This document shows, piece after piece, positions 9,616-18,358 of a DNA stretch of 60,596 bases; positions within the stretch are counted from its first letter, which is position 1; every line of letters starts with the position of its first letter. Source of the stretch: a virus (Duplodnaviria > Caudoviricetes); the IMG/VR virus record IMGVR_UViG_3300009183_000103, positions 1-60,596 of that record; one strand, given 5' to 3'. Both the position numbers and the translations under genes were made by a program. The notes beneath the pieces were generated by a model. The model was not told the origin of the DNA and searched no databases. It saw only the letters and a program-made list of their open reading frames with translations.

Positions 9616-9716
9616 TATTTGTAGATAAAAGGATCTCTTTTACGTAGTTCTTTTAATTTCTTGCGGTAAGCTATTTCTAGTTTGATTCGATTATATAGAT
9701 TTCTTAACCAACTCAT
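9615..9716 (-). CDS. 33-aa basic peptide ending in DPFIYK (not in the ORF track)
   Basis: MSWLRNLYNRIKLEIAYRKKLKELRKRDPFIYK; strong RBS TAAGGAGAAATTCA-ATG; its TAA overlaps the next ATG (TAATG). Confidence 0.85.
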   Translation of the reverse strand: MSWLRNLYNRIKLEIAYRKKLKELRKRDPFIYK

Positions 9717-10245
9717 TGAATTTCTCCTTAATTAATTCTGCGGCTTCTACATGTGCATCTTCCAAAGGATGTCCATCAGTGCCTATACTATACTTATTTT
9801 CCACAGCCCATTGATAAAATCCTCTTGGTCGCTGGGTATCATATGATTCTGTACCAGCCGGAAATAAGTACCAATGGTCCCAGTTAGTTTTAGGATCTAA
9901 TAGATCTATTAGACAATTATCCACACAGGTAAACAGATAAGGGACCTGATGATATTCACAATATTGTTGGAATTCTAATATAACCTTAGGACTAGTATAA
10001 ATTGTATCTCTAGTAGGCCATGTCCAACAAACAACTACTGCTTTTGAGCCACCTTTATGTAACTCTTCTCTAGCACGCCGAGCTATTTCATAATTGCTAA
10101 TGCCAGGATAAGCAACACAGATATAGTTATTACCTGATAACAATGCAGGAAAGGTGTTGCGGCTATACCCATCGATACCCCCATGTGGGCTATCCTGTAG
10201 CTCACTACCCCAAATCATACTATCACCCGCGGCTACTATAGTCAT
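9691..10245 (-). CDS. SGNH/GDSL-like protein
   Basis: AGDSMIWGSEL, PGISN, GFYQWA...GHPLEDAH; paralogue of 8222-8983. Confidence 0.7.
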   Translation of the reverse strand: MTIVAAGDSMIWGSELQDSPHGGIDGYSRNTFPALLSGNNYICVAYPGISNYEIARRAREELHKGGSKAVVVCWTWPTRDTIYTSPKVILEFQQYCEYHQVPYLFTCVDNCLIDLLDPKTNWDHWYLFPAGTESYDTQRPRGFYQWAVENKYSIGTDGHPLEDAHVEAAELIKEKFNELVKKSI

Positions 10246-11323
10246 AACCTGGTTTCATTATATCTATTTGCATCTGTTTATAGTTAGAATCACTCCAACA
10301 GTAATCAAATATATTTTTTATTCCATCGATTTCTATGCTATAAATGTCCAAATGATTACTTAGTATGTCCCATATCTTTTGATATTCTGTAGTTTCAAAA
10401 CTACGTTGTAAATCGACTTGCCCTATCGCAAGATATCCCAGGCTTAATTTAGAATCTTGTGGGTCTCGACCGTTGGACTTTAACCAACGTTTGAAACGTT
10501 CTTGCTCTTCATTGTGCCAAGAATTTTCACCACCAAGCACAACATCGTTGGCCCATTCTATATCAAATTCACCGCTATAATATTGCAATTCAGTAATCGC
10601 TTCACAAACGGTATCTGTTAATTCTGGTGCATTTTCATCTCGAAAAACTTCAAATAATGTTTTGCCTATTTGTGTCCAATGCATATAAACTCCACCAAAC
10701 TTTCGATCATATCCATTAATAATAAATCCCTGGCGATGTTCATCAATGAGATCATATCGAGTAGTATTCAGAAATGTAGTGATTTGGCTAGGACGCACCC
10801 AATAAGGATCATTTACTAGTTTCCTTTGACTCAATATGAGATTTTCCATTTCATGACAAATAGTGTTTAATTCACGTATAGCATATTTGGTTTCGTAGTC
10901 AGCACGCTTATAATAGTCGCTAAGATTCCATACAGTGCCCTGTAGACGTTCAAAATGATTATGTAGTTTGTTTAGCAATCCATGATTAGGCCCATTTTCT
11001 GCATAGTCAGTAGCCACTGTATTTTCTGGAGTAAAATATTCTTCGATTTGATAATCTGGGAAGAATGCATTTATAGTTGCTATGGCTTGATTAACTTGGT
11101 CACATAGATAAGGTAGTGTGCGAGCAGTCTTAGGAAACCCCATAAAACAGAAATTCTTTTCTAATAGATTACCAGACTGTAACAAAATTGTTAATGCCTG
11201 TATCCAGTCTTGTGCTAATTTAGTATCGTTAGGTATAATATAGTAATCTATTAAATCATTATGATCTAAGGGATTACGTAATGTTACTTTAACAGTTGAT
11301 TGATTGATACCACTCAAAAGCAT
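10223..11323 (-). CDS. Hypothetical protein with His/Glu motifs (possible metalloenzyme)
   Basis: 366-aa ORF with AAGGA RBS; motifs LNKLHNHFE, LNTICHEME, YMHWTQIGKT. Confidence 0.75.
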   Translation of the reverse strand: MLLSGINQSTVKVTLRNPLDHNDLIDYYIIPNDTKLAQDWIQALTILLQSGNLLEKNFCFMGFPKTARTLPYLCDQVNQAIATINAFFPDYQIEEYFTPENTVATDYAENGPNHGLLNKLHNHFERLQGTVWNLSDYYKRADYETKYAIRELNTICHEMENLILSQRKLVNDPYWVRPSQITTFLNTTRYDLIDEHRQGFIINGYDRKFGGVYMHWTQIGKTLFEVFRDENAPELTDTVCEAITELQYYSGEFDIEWANDVVLGGENSWHNEEQERFKRWLKSNGRDPQDSKLSLGYLAIGQVDLQRSFETTEYQKIWDILSNHLDIYSIEIDGIKNIFDYCWSDSNYKQMQIDIMKPGYDYSSRG

Positions 11324-12629
11324 CTTTCCTTTGTAATAGAATGTCAGCCAAAGTTAGCTTGTCTCGGCGGATACTCTCTAATTGTAGCATACGAGCTTTA
11401 CCTTTTGCAAGAGATGCTTGCCAAGTATCGGGATATTGTTCTTGAAAGGTTGGGCGTTGTTTCAGCTGGATCAGTATGTCCTTTAGCGAGCTATTTTGCA
11501 GGCATCCTGCAGGGTCTTGGCTAACCAGTAATTCATCTATCCAAGGATCTAAGATCTCTCGGGGTAGGGCCAAGGGCGACATAATAATGTCAGGACTAAA
11601 ACTAAAGACTACTTTGGCAAGTATGTCCACGCCCAATTCTGTAGCTAACTTCTCGATGTTACGAAGTTCAAACATACCCGGTAGGGTAAGTGTAAAGTCT
11701 ATTCTTGCTTGTCTACGGTGAGTAGAGACGCGAATAACTTCCTGAAAGTTTGCAAGCCACGCTTCATAGTCAAGACCTGTTCGGATATACTCTCCAATTG
11801 CTCCCGTACCGTCGAGGCTTGCACAGATTTGCCAGTCACGTAACCTAGCCAAAATATCAGTGCAGAGATTGATGCCGCGATAATTGATGCGACTAAGATT
11901 AGTATTGTATCTAGCGTAAACATTTGGTCCATCTCCCAGTTCAACAATGCGGTGCATATATCGCCAATGTTGTTCGTACATCAGTGGCTCTCCGCCTACC
12001 CAATATACTTCCTCGATTCGATGTTCCTCTACTGCGGTAGCGAACTCTTGCTCAATTTGTGAGCTCTGGAACTTTTCAATTTCGCTTTTAACGTCTGGGC
12101 GCATCCAATTATTCTTTGGATCACTCCAGTTGATCATGTCATGTTGTCTCTGTTCAGTTTCCCACGCACTAGACAACATGTCACCACACATACGACACTT
12201 AAAGTTACATAGATTACTAAAGCGATAATCCCAACTTACAGGCCGCATAGTTGTATTTCCCTCTGCGTCTGTTGTGTCCCATATACTCAAATACTTATGA
12301 TTAAACAGTTGATCAAAATAACTACGGTAAACGGAAGTATTTAAAAGTTTGTCGTTACATACTTCGCACTCAGGTAATACTTCACCAGCCATCATACGAC
12401 GACGCACACTTTTCATGTGATCGCTGTTCCAATGTTCCTCTAAGGTAATAGGGATATATTTCCCAGTACCATCACTGGTGTCAATGTACTGCTTAAAGTT
12501 CTGCGCTGGCTCACGGCTAGCACAGCACATACGGCGTTCAGTCTGTGGACTAACATAGGTATGTACCCATGGTGCTAAACATAATGTCGCTGGTTTATTC
12601 AAAATATGATTTCCACTCTGGTACCACAT
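11289..12629 (-). CDS. Radical SAM protein with N-terminal SPASM/twitch-like domain
   Basis: CNFKCRMC, GGEP, YNTN; N-terminal CLAPW...MCC...CEVC; alternative TTG start at 12602. Confidence 0.9.
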   Translation of the reverse strand: MWYQSGNHILNKPATLCLAPWVHTYVSPQTERRMCCASREPAQNFKQYIDTSDGTGKYIPITLEEHWNSDHMKSVRRRMMAGEVLPECEVCNDKLLNTSVYRSYFDQLFNHKYLSIWDTTDAEGNTTMRPVSWDYRFSNLCNFKCRMCGDMLSSAWETEQRQHDMINWSDPKNNWMRPDVKSEIEKFQSSQIEQEFATAVEEHRIEEVYWVGGEPLMYEQHWRYMHRIVELGDGPNVYARYNTNLSRINYRGINLCTDILARLRDWQICASLDGTGAIGEYIRTGLDYEAWLANFQEVIRVSTHRRQARIDFTLTLPGMFELRNIEKLATELGVDILAKVVFSFSPDIIMSPLALPREILDPWIDELLVSQDPAGCLQNSSLKDILIQLKQRPTFQEQYPDTWQASLAKGKARMLQLESIRRDKLTLADILLQRKDAFEWYQSINC

Positions 12630-13794
12630 CTACTAATTTCTGTTTGCTTACTAAATCTTCTATTCTAATCTGTTCAATGAATTTAGGCAGCAATGATGTG
12701 TCATATTTGGTGATAACTAGTATATCTATTACTTGATCAAGTAATTTAATATAACGTTCATTGGTGTAATTATTTTTAGACCATTGAAGTTTTTCTATTA
12801 GAGGAGTTTTAAGTTCAGGTGGGATAATAGATACTGATAAATTTTTATTTCGTTCGTATACCAAACTAATAATAATGCGATCCATGTTATGTTTATGCAC
12901 CCATGCAACAAATTGATCAAAACTAAAAACATTAACGGCAGTTAATACATAATTAACCACACACCCAAATTCTTGTTGTAGCTGGATAGCATTAGCTTCA
13001 ACATCCTGCCATATCGCACCTCGACGTTGATATTCAATAACTTCGCCTGTTCCATCAATGCTTAATGTATAAAACACATTTTTAAATTGTTTAAATTTTT
13101 CCTGTAATGCTTTGGGATATTTACTAACATTAGTTAATAAACTAATAGTAATATTCTTAGCAAAATCCTGTTCTATTAGACGATCTATTAATTCATGAAC
13201 TTGTTTCTGTAATAACGTCTCGCCACCAGTAAAATTTAATATTTCTACATATTTTAATATGTCATAAAAATCATCGGCAATAGTATTGTCAAATTTTCTA
13301 TTCAATTTAGCATTAAAGAATTTAATTTCAAACGTTCCGCGTTTTGAACTTGCACCTGAAAAACACATAATGCACTCATAATTACAATAGTTACTAGGGC
13401 AAAAATCTAAACTCAATATATGATCAATTTTATAATCATTGTCAATAATTGATTGTACGTGTTCTACAATATCTGTAGTTATATGTTCTACAAAATAATA
13501 ATTATTAAGTTGTCTTGGACTAGATCCGCCATTTTTTTCTGCTAAACTACAAGTTTTGCAGAATTCACTAGTATGACAGCTACCTTGAATAAAATTCTTT
13601 CTAAGATCTTGCCATTGCTGACTATTCATTGATTCTAAAATAGATTGATCATGTACCTGCCACCCATCTACTTTAATTGAACTACACGGCATAACCGTTG
13701 ATGAAGGACCAACTAAAGAATAAAATCCTGCGGTAAATGGGAAAAGGCAGATATTACTGCCAAATTCATTATAAATTTTATCTAAATTATTCAT
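12595..13794 (-). CDS. Radical SAM protein with N-terminal SPASM/twitch-like domain (AT-rich, divergent)
   Basis: CNYECIMC, GGET, LTN, SIDG; N-terminal CLFPF...PCS...CKTC. Confidence 0.87.
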   Translation of the reverse strand: MNNLDKIYNEFGSNICLFPFTAGFYSLVGPSSTVMPCSSIKVDGWQVHDQSILESMNSQQWQDLRKNFIQGSCHTSEFCKTCSLAEKNGGSSPRQLNNYYFVEHITTDIVEHVQSIIDNDYKIDHILSLDFCPSNYCNYECIMCFSGASSKRGTFEIKFFNAKLNRKFDNTIADDFYDILKYVEILNFTGGETLLQKQVHELIDRLIEQDFAKNITISLLTNVSKYPKALQEKFKQFKNVFYTLSIDGTGEVIEYQRRGAIWQDVEANAIQLQQEFGCVVNYVLTAVNVFSFDQFVAWVHKHNMDRIIISLVYERNKNLSVSIIPPELKTPLIEKLQWSKNNYTNERYIKLLDQVIDILVITKYDTSLLPKFIEQIRIEDLVSKQKLVDVVPEWKSYFE

Positions 13795-14998
13795 ATCCCA
13801 TGGCCTTGGCTATTTCTAGATGAGTGTCTACAAAACTTTGTTCTCGATATTGATCAGTAGTTTTCATTTTACTTAAAAACTCGTGCCCATCACTGCCCTG
13901 ACCATTCTTAATAAATTGCACAATCCGTAAGATTTCTGCACAATATTTAGGATGAAATTTGTGATGTTCTAAACGATCAATTACTAGTTCCCGTGCAGCT
14001 GGTGTCATACTACTGATACACATGTGCCATGGATCATGTAACATATTAAAGTAGACGTGATCAAATATTTGATCCTGTATCCAATCACATATTTCTGGCA
14101 GATAATAGACATTTTGTATGTTTACTGTCAGACACAACTGAGTAGAGAATTTGGCGTCACGCAGTTCAGTAAACTGTTTTAGATTACGGTTAACTTCTTC
14201 CCAATTGGCGCCATAGCGTTCATATTCAAATCGCGGACCTGTATTGTCTATACTAAATGCTACTTCGACGTGTTTAAAATGACTCCACAGTCTGTAACCA
14301 TCTGGCAAGACTGTGCCGTTGGTATTATAGTGTATTTCAATATTCTTACTGTAGTTGTTATCAACAGCGTAACGTAGTAGTTCAAAGTGTTGTTCTATTA
14401 AAAATGGTTCGCCGCCAGTAAATTCAAAATACCTAATGTTGGGCAATAGAATTTTTAAATTCTCCCAAAACTGAGGATTCTCTCTTGGCCACGCACCATC
14501 TTGCAAGAATTTGTAAGCCAGGTGTTCTTTACGATTTTCTAAACTAGGTACATAGTCTATTTCTTCTTTAGCCCATTTGCTACTTGACCAACTACCGCAT
14601 ATACGACATTTTAGATTACAGATATTTCCTAACTTAAGATCAATAAACCAAAGTTGATTAGGATCAAGATCATCAAATTTGATGTCGTCAACATATTCTT
14701 TTAAGCGTATGCGACTATTCATACGCTTGCTAACGCGGCCGGCAGCTTCTTCATCCCAGCAGCGTTGACAAGTAGCTGGTTTTTGACCATACAAAAAATC
14801 TCTGCGTAGAATCTGCATATAACGACTATGATAAATTTCTTCTAAGGTGTGTGTTTTAAGATTATATTTGCGTTCGTATCCTTGTTCATCAAAGTAAGTA
14901 ATCTCATCTTTGGCGAGACAGCAAGGACGTGCTGTCCCTACTGGACTAGTTTCGATACTGATCCAAGGCAGTATACAGATTTTATCTGATAATGGCAT
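13787..14998 (-). CDS. Radical SAM protein with N-terminal SPASM/twitch-like domain
   Basis: CNLKCRIC, GGEP, YNTNG; N-terminal CILPW...PCC...CQRC. Confidence 0.92.
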   Translation of the reverse strand: MPLSDKICILPWISIETSPVGTARPCCLAKDEITYFDEQGYERKYNLKTHTLEEIYHSRYMQILRRDFLYGQKPATCQRCWDEEAAGRVSKRMNSRIRLKEYVDDIKFDDLDPNQLWFIDLKLGNICNLKCRICGSWSSSKWAKEEIDYVPSLENRKEHLAYKFLQDGAWPRENPQFWENLKILLPNIRYFEFTGGEPFLIEQHFELLRYAVDNNYSKNIEIHYNTNGTVLPDGYRLWSHFKHVEVAFSIDNTGPRFEYERYGANWEEVNRNLKQFTELRDAKFSTQLCLTVNIQNVYYLPEICDWIQDQIFDHVYFNMLHDPWHMCISSMTPAARELVIDRLEHHKFHPKYCAEILRIVQFIKNGQGSDGHEFLSKMKTTDQYREQSFVDTHLEIAKAMGYE

Positions 14999-16335
14999 TA
15001 TTTCTTAGCCCATTTATCATAGCAGAAGTTACGCAACTCGACATATTCAGGAAATACATCCTCAAACTTTTCCTGACGAGATACATCTAACTTATCATTT
15101 ACTGAGAAAAATTCATGCAATAGCCAATCTTTATTATCTGAATCCATATAACTTAAGATACTTTCATATCCAACAATAGCACGAGTTAGCGGATCATGGG
15201 GTCTCAACCATTCGATGTGTGCTAGGATTTTTTCGCGAACCTGTTGTTTATATATTTCTGGTAGCACATCTATGCGTTCTCTATCAGGACCTTGAAGTAT
15301 ATTAATATTCCAATCTTGAGCTTTGATTAATCCGCGTTCGACCCAATCACGATGAAAATCCATAACGTGCAGGACATTGTAAATACTAACTGTCGAGCTA
15401 ACATAAAAATCTACATCAGGGCAGATCTCTAGCATCTTTTCACGATTACGAACAATCTGATCCCAATCGGTTCCTTTACGTATGTATTCTGCACGAGCTC
15501 CCATAGCATCTAAACTGGCTCCGATACTAATATTTTTAAATAATCGCCAATAGTCTAAAACATTTTCATCCTTAAGAGTCAGTCGACTGAAGTTTGTATT
15601 ATATATTAATCTAACATCAAACATTTTACGTGCAGCTAATTCTTTTAATATACGATAATGCTCCTCCATTATCAATGGTTCGCCACCAGCAAAGTAAATT
15701 TGTTCTAAGTATGGGATATGTTCTTGCATTTGATTCCACATGTCATCTTTATCTTTGCCTGCATACATAAACTGAGGATGATCGCGTGGGCCAAACAATT
15801 CCACTTCTTCATTGTACCAACTGCTGCTAAACCATCCACCACAGGTGCGACAACTCATATTACATAAATTTGTAAAACGTATATCATAATATCTTATTTT
15901 AAAATCATCAAATTGACCGTCGGCAGATGTTTGATCTACAAGATTGATGTGATGCCCAAAGTTTTTGTTGCTATCATTTCGCATGCTGACAAATCCGTGT
16001 TGTTCACGTTCGTAACATTTAGTGCATTCTCGACATTCTACTTCATTTATCATGTTAATACGCATTTGTTTATATTCGGGGCTATTCCAAACTTCTCGCA
16101 TATTGTTATTGTGTAGATTTCCTAGCGGGTAATGACTGTCACTTAAACAACAAGGATATGCTTGGCCATTAGGAAAGGCATGCAGATGAATCCATGGCAA
16201 TATACAAAATACTTTACTTTCAGTTAGTCGATGCATCTGCTCTTGATTGAGAGTACCCTTTTCAACATAGATAGGTTGATTATCTGTATAATTATGATTT
16301 TTATAATATTCTTCTTTTTGTTTATCTCTACTCAT
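14998..16335 (-). CDS. Radical SAM protein with N-terminal SPASM/twitch-like domain
   Basis: CNMSCRTC, GGEP, YNTN; N-terminal CILPW...PCC...CTKC. Confidence 0.92.
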   Translation of the reverse strand: MSRDKQKEEYYKNHNYTDNQPIYVEKGTLNQEQMHRLTESKVFCILPWIHLHAFPNGQAYPCCLSDSHYPLGNLHNNNMREVWNSPEYKQMRINMINEVECRECTKCYEREQHGFVSMRNDSNKNFGHHINLVDQTSADGQFDDFKIRYYDIRFTNLCNMSCRTCGGWFSSSWYNEEVELFGPRDHPQFMYAGKDKDDMWNQMQEHIPYLEQIYFAGGEPLIMEEHYRILKELAARKMFDVRLIYNTNFSRLTLKDENVLDYWRLFKNISIGASLDAMGARAEYIRKGTDWDQIVRNREKMLEICPDVDFYVSSTVSIYNVLHVMDFHRDWVERGLIKAQDWNINILQGPDRERIDVLPEIYKQQVREKILAHIEWLRPHDPLTRAIVGYESILSYMDSDNKDWLLHEFFSVNDKLDVSRQEKFEDVFPEYVELRNFCYDKWAKK

Positions 16336-16997
16336 AGTTTATATCGTTCCAATATTTGTTTTACAACTATCTCATGTTCTTGTCTGTTAGGGTGTCTACA
16401 TTCACTTACCCACGGGCTAATAGTATCTATTCTAATATCAACTCCGCTGATTATATCTGACCAACTGGTTTCAATTAATTTTATATTATTTAATTGGCAA
16501 TATGCTCTGACTACATCTATTAATAGACCCCTTTTCTTTCTATATTCAGCATCATCAAATTTATAAGTCAATAACATTTGATATAAGTTAAATACCGTAT
16601 CAATATTATCTTCTGAGTCTGCACAAATACAAGGTTCAGATAATGTCCATGTTCCGACATTTTTGAAATGTGCAAAGGGGTTGGTTAAATCTGTTGTAGT
16701 AGCACACCAATTTGGTATAAATTGCCACGTGCGACCTTCATTGGTCCACACTTCCCTGACAGGGCTAGTCCATCCTACTATGACAGCAGTAATATTTTTA
16801 TATTTAGGTATTTCCTCTATCATTTTATAAAAAATGTTTTCATTGCTATTTCCAGGAAAAGCAAAGTTAACACATTCAACGCCTAATTGTTTTGCTATTA
16901 AATTAGGATAACTTAATTCAAGGTTTTTAATGGTAGCTTGATCACTTGCTAATCCCACACCGTGGGTGACACTACACCCAAACGCCAATATTGTCAT
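16332..16997 (-). CDS. SGNH/GDSL-like protein
   Basis: FGCSVTHG, NFAFPGNSN, HPNRQEH. Confidence 0.72.
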   Translation of the reverse strand: MTILAFGCSVTHGVGLASDQATIKNLELSYPNLIAKQLGVECVNFAFPGNSNENIFYKMIEEIPKYKNITAVIVGWTSPVREVWTNEGRTWQFIPNWCATTTDLTNPFAHFKNVGTWTLSEPCICADSEDNIDTVFNLYQMLLTYKFDDAEYRKKRGLLIDVVRAYCQLNNIKLIETSWSDIISGVDIRIDTISPWVSECRHPNRQEHEIVVKQILERYKL

Positions 16998-18358
16998 AAT
17001 GTATTATACCATTCGGCTAGTTGTGGGAATGTATGTCTAAAGTCTTTACCACGGCGTTGATCATATTGTTCATAAAAGTTCTTAAAGTCACGTTGCAGGA
17101 TACTGTTTGTCATAGCACCGCTGTGTGGGCTGACAACTTCTTTCAAATAACTAACTAATCTACCAATTTGGTTAATTTCAAACTCGTGTAATACATCTAC
17201 ACTAAGATCACCAAGCGGAATTAATTGTCTAATACATTCTTCACGCACCTCTAAAGGTAATATCAATGGGCTTTGAAAACTAGGAAAGCGTAGAATATTT
17301 AGACTAAAGTTAATCGCATCTTTGCCATATTTCTTCTTAAGTTCAACAATACTCCACAGGAACTCTGGTAGACTTATCAAGCATAGTGCGTTTATGGTAC
17401 ACATGACATGTAGGCCACGCAGTTTACCACTAGCCAATAAGTAAGAAAGATTGCTAGTCCATTGATCCCAATCCAGGCCATCACGAATATATATTGCGTG
17501 TTGACCAATGCTTTCGTTGCTTGTATACAGATCCAATTTAATACCTTCTGTGGCATCTAATAACCTTTCTAATTTATCTTGTTCAAATCCTAGGTTGCTG
17601 TTTATAGCAAGCCGTGTTTTACTCTCGCCTCGGTGATCTTTGAACCATTCGATGAGCCGCCAGGTGTATCCTGACATAAGTGGCTCTCCTCCTGTGATCC
17701 GTAGTTCCTTAAGCGTTTTGTGTAGGTCTGATTCCCACCATTTGAAGAAGGCTTCAACGTATGGATTAACGTCAGTGATAGTATAAAGTTGGCTACTGTC
17801 ATGAGTGTGAGTAAAATGATTGCGACCGTCGGAAACCAGATTGGTATATGGTCCATTACGATGAATGTCACGAACCCAAGTAGTGCTGAAAGCAGGATTG
17901 CAATAGCTGCAAGCAAACTGACAAGTGCGATCGAAAGCAATTTCCAAGGTTTGTAGGTTAACGTCTTGTTCTGGTGGAGTATTGAAAGCTTCATCTAGGT
18001 CTTTATCCTCATAAATTACTGTTTTATAAACACGGTCACTGATAATTTCATCAGACGCATCTTCTCTGTCTGCCATATCCTCAATCTTCCAGCAGTATTC
18101 ACACCCGCTTGGCCTTAGGCCATCTTGCATCAATGCACGATCATTTTTCTTTTCACGTGTATTGTGTAATGCTCGAGGATTTGCTATTACCTGTTCTACA
18201 CTTACCTGATGTGGTAATGGGTGGTGACAACTGGTAGTCTGCCCACTGCCTAACCATATGGTAGCGTTATACCATTTGGCACCGCAGAAGCTTGTTGACT
18301 TAATGTCAATCACTCTGCGTTTGTATCCTAAATCGGTTTCGTTATGGAGTTTCGGCAT
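16994..18358 (-). CDS. Radical SAM protein with N-terminal Cys/His auxiliary domain
   Basis: CQFACSYC, GGEP; N-terminal CGAKW...SCHH...CEYC. Confidence 0.92.
   Translation of the reverse strand: MPKLHNETDLGYKRRVIDIKSTSFCGAKWYNATIWLGSGQTTSCHHPLPHQVSVEQVIANPRALHNTREKKNDRALMQDGLRPSGCEYCWKIEDMADREDASDEIISDRVYKTVIYEDKDLDEAFNTPPEQDVNLQTLEIAFDRTCQFACSYCNPAFSTTWVRDIHRNGPYTNLVSDGRNHFTHTHDSSQLYTITDVNPYVEAFFKWWESDLHKTLKELRITGGEPLMSGYTWRLIEWFKDHRGESKTRLAINSNLGFEQDKLERLLDATEGIKLDLYTSNESIGQHAIYIRDGLDWDQWTSNLSYLLASGKLRGLHVMCTINALCLISLPEFLWSIVELKKKYGKDAINFSLNILRFPSFQSPLILPLEVREECIRQLIPLGDLSVDVLHEFEINQIGRLVSYLKEVVSPHSGAMTNSILQRDFKNFYEQYDQRRGKDFRHTFPQLAEWYNTL

Noticed and set aside
5635-9716. Saxitoxin or aminoglycoside biosynthesis by the phage
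   Set aside because: Only tailoring-type families are shared; no SxtA-like PKS, amidinotransferase or DOI synthase is present
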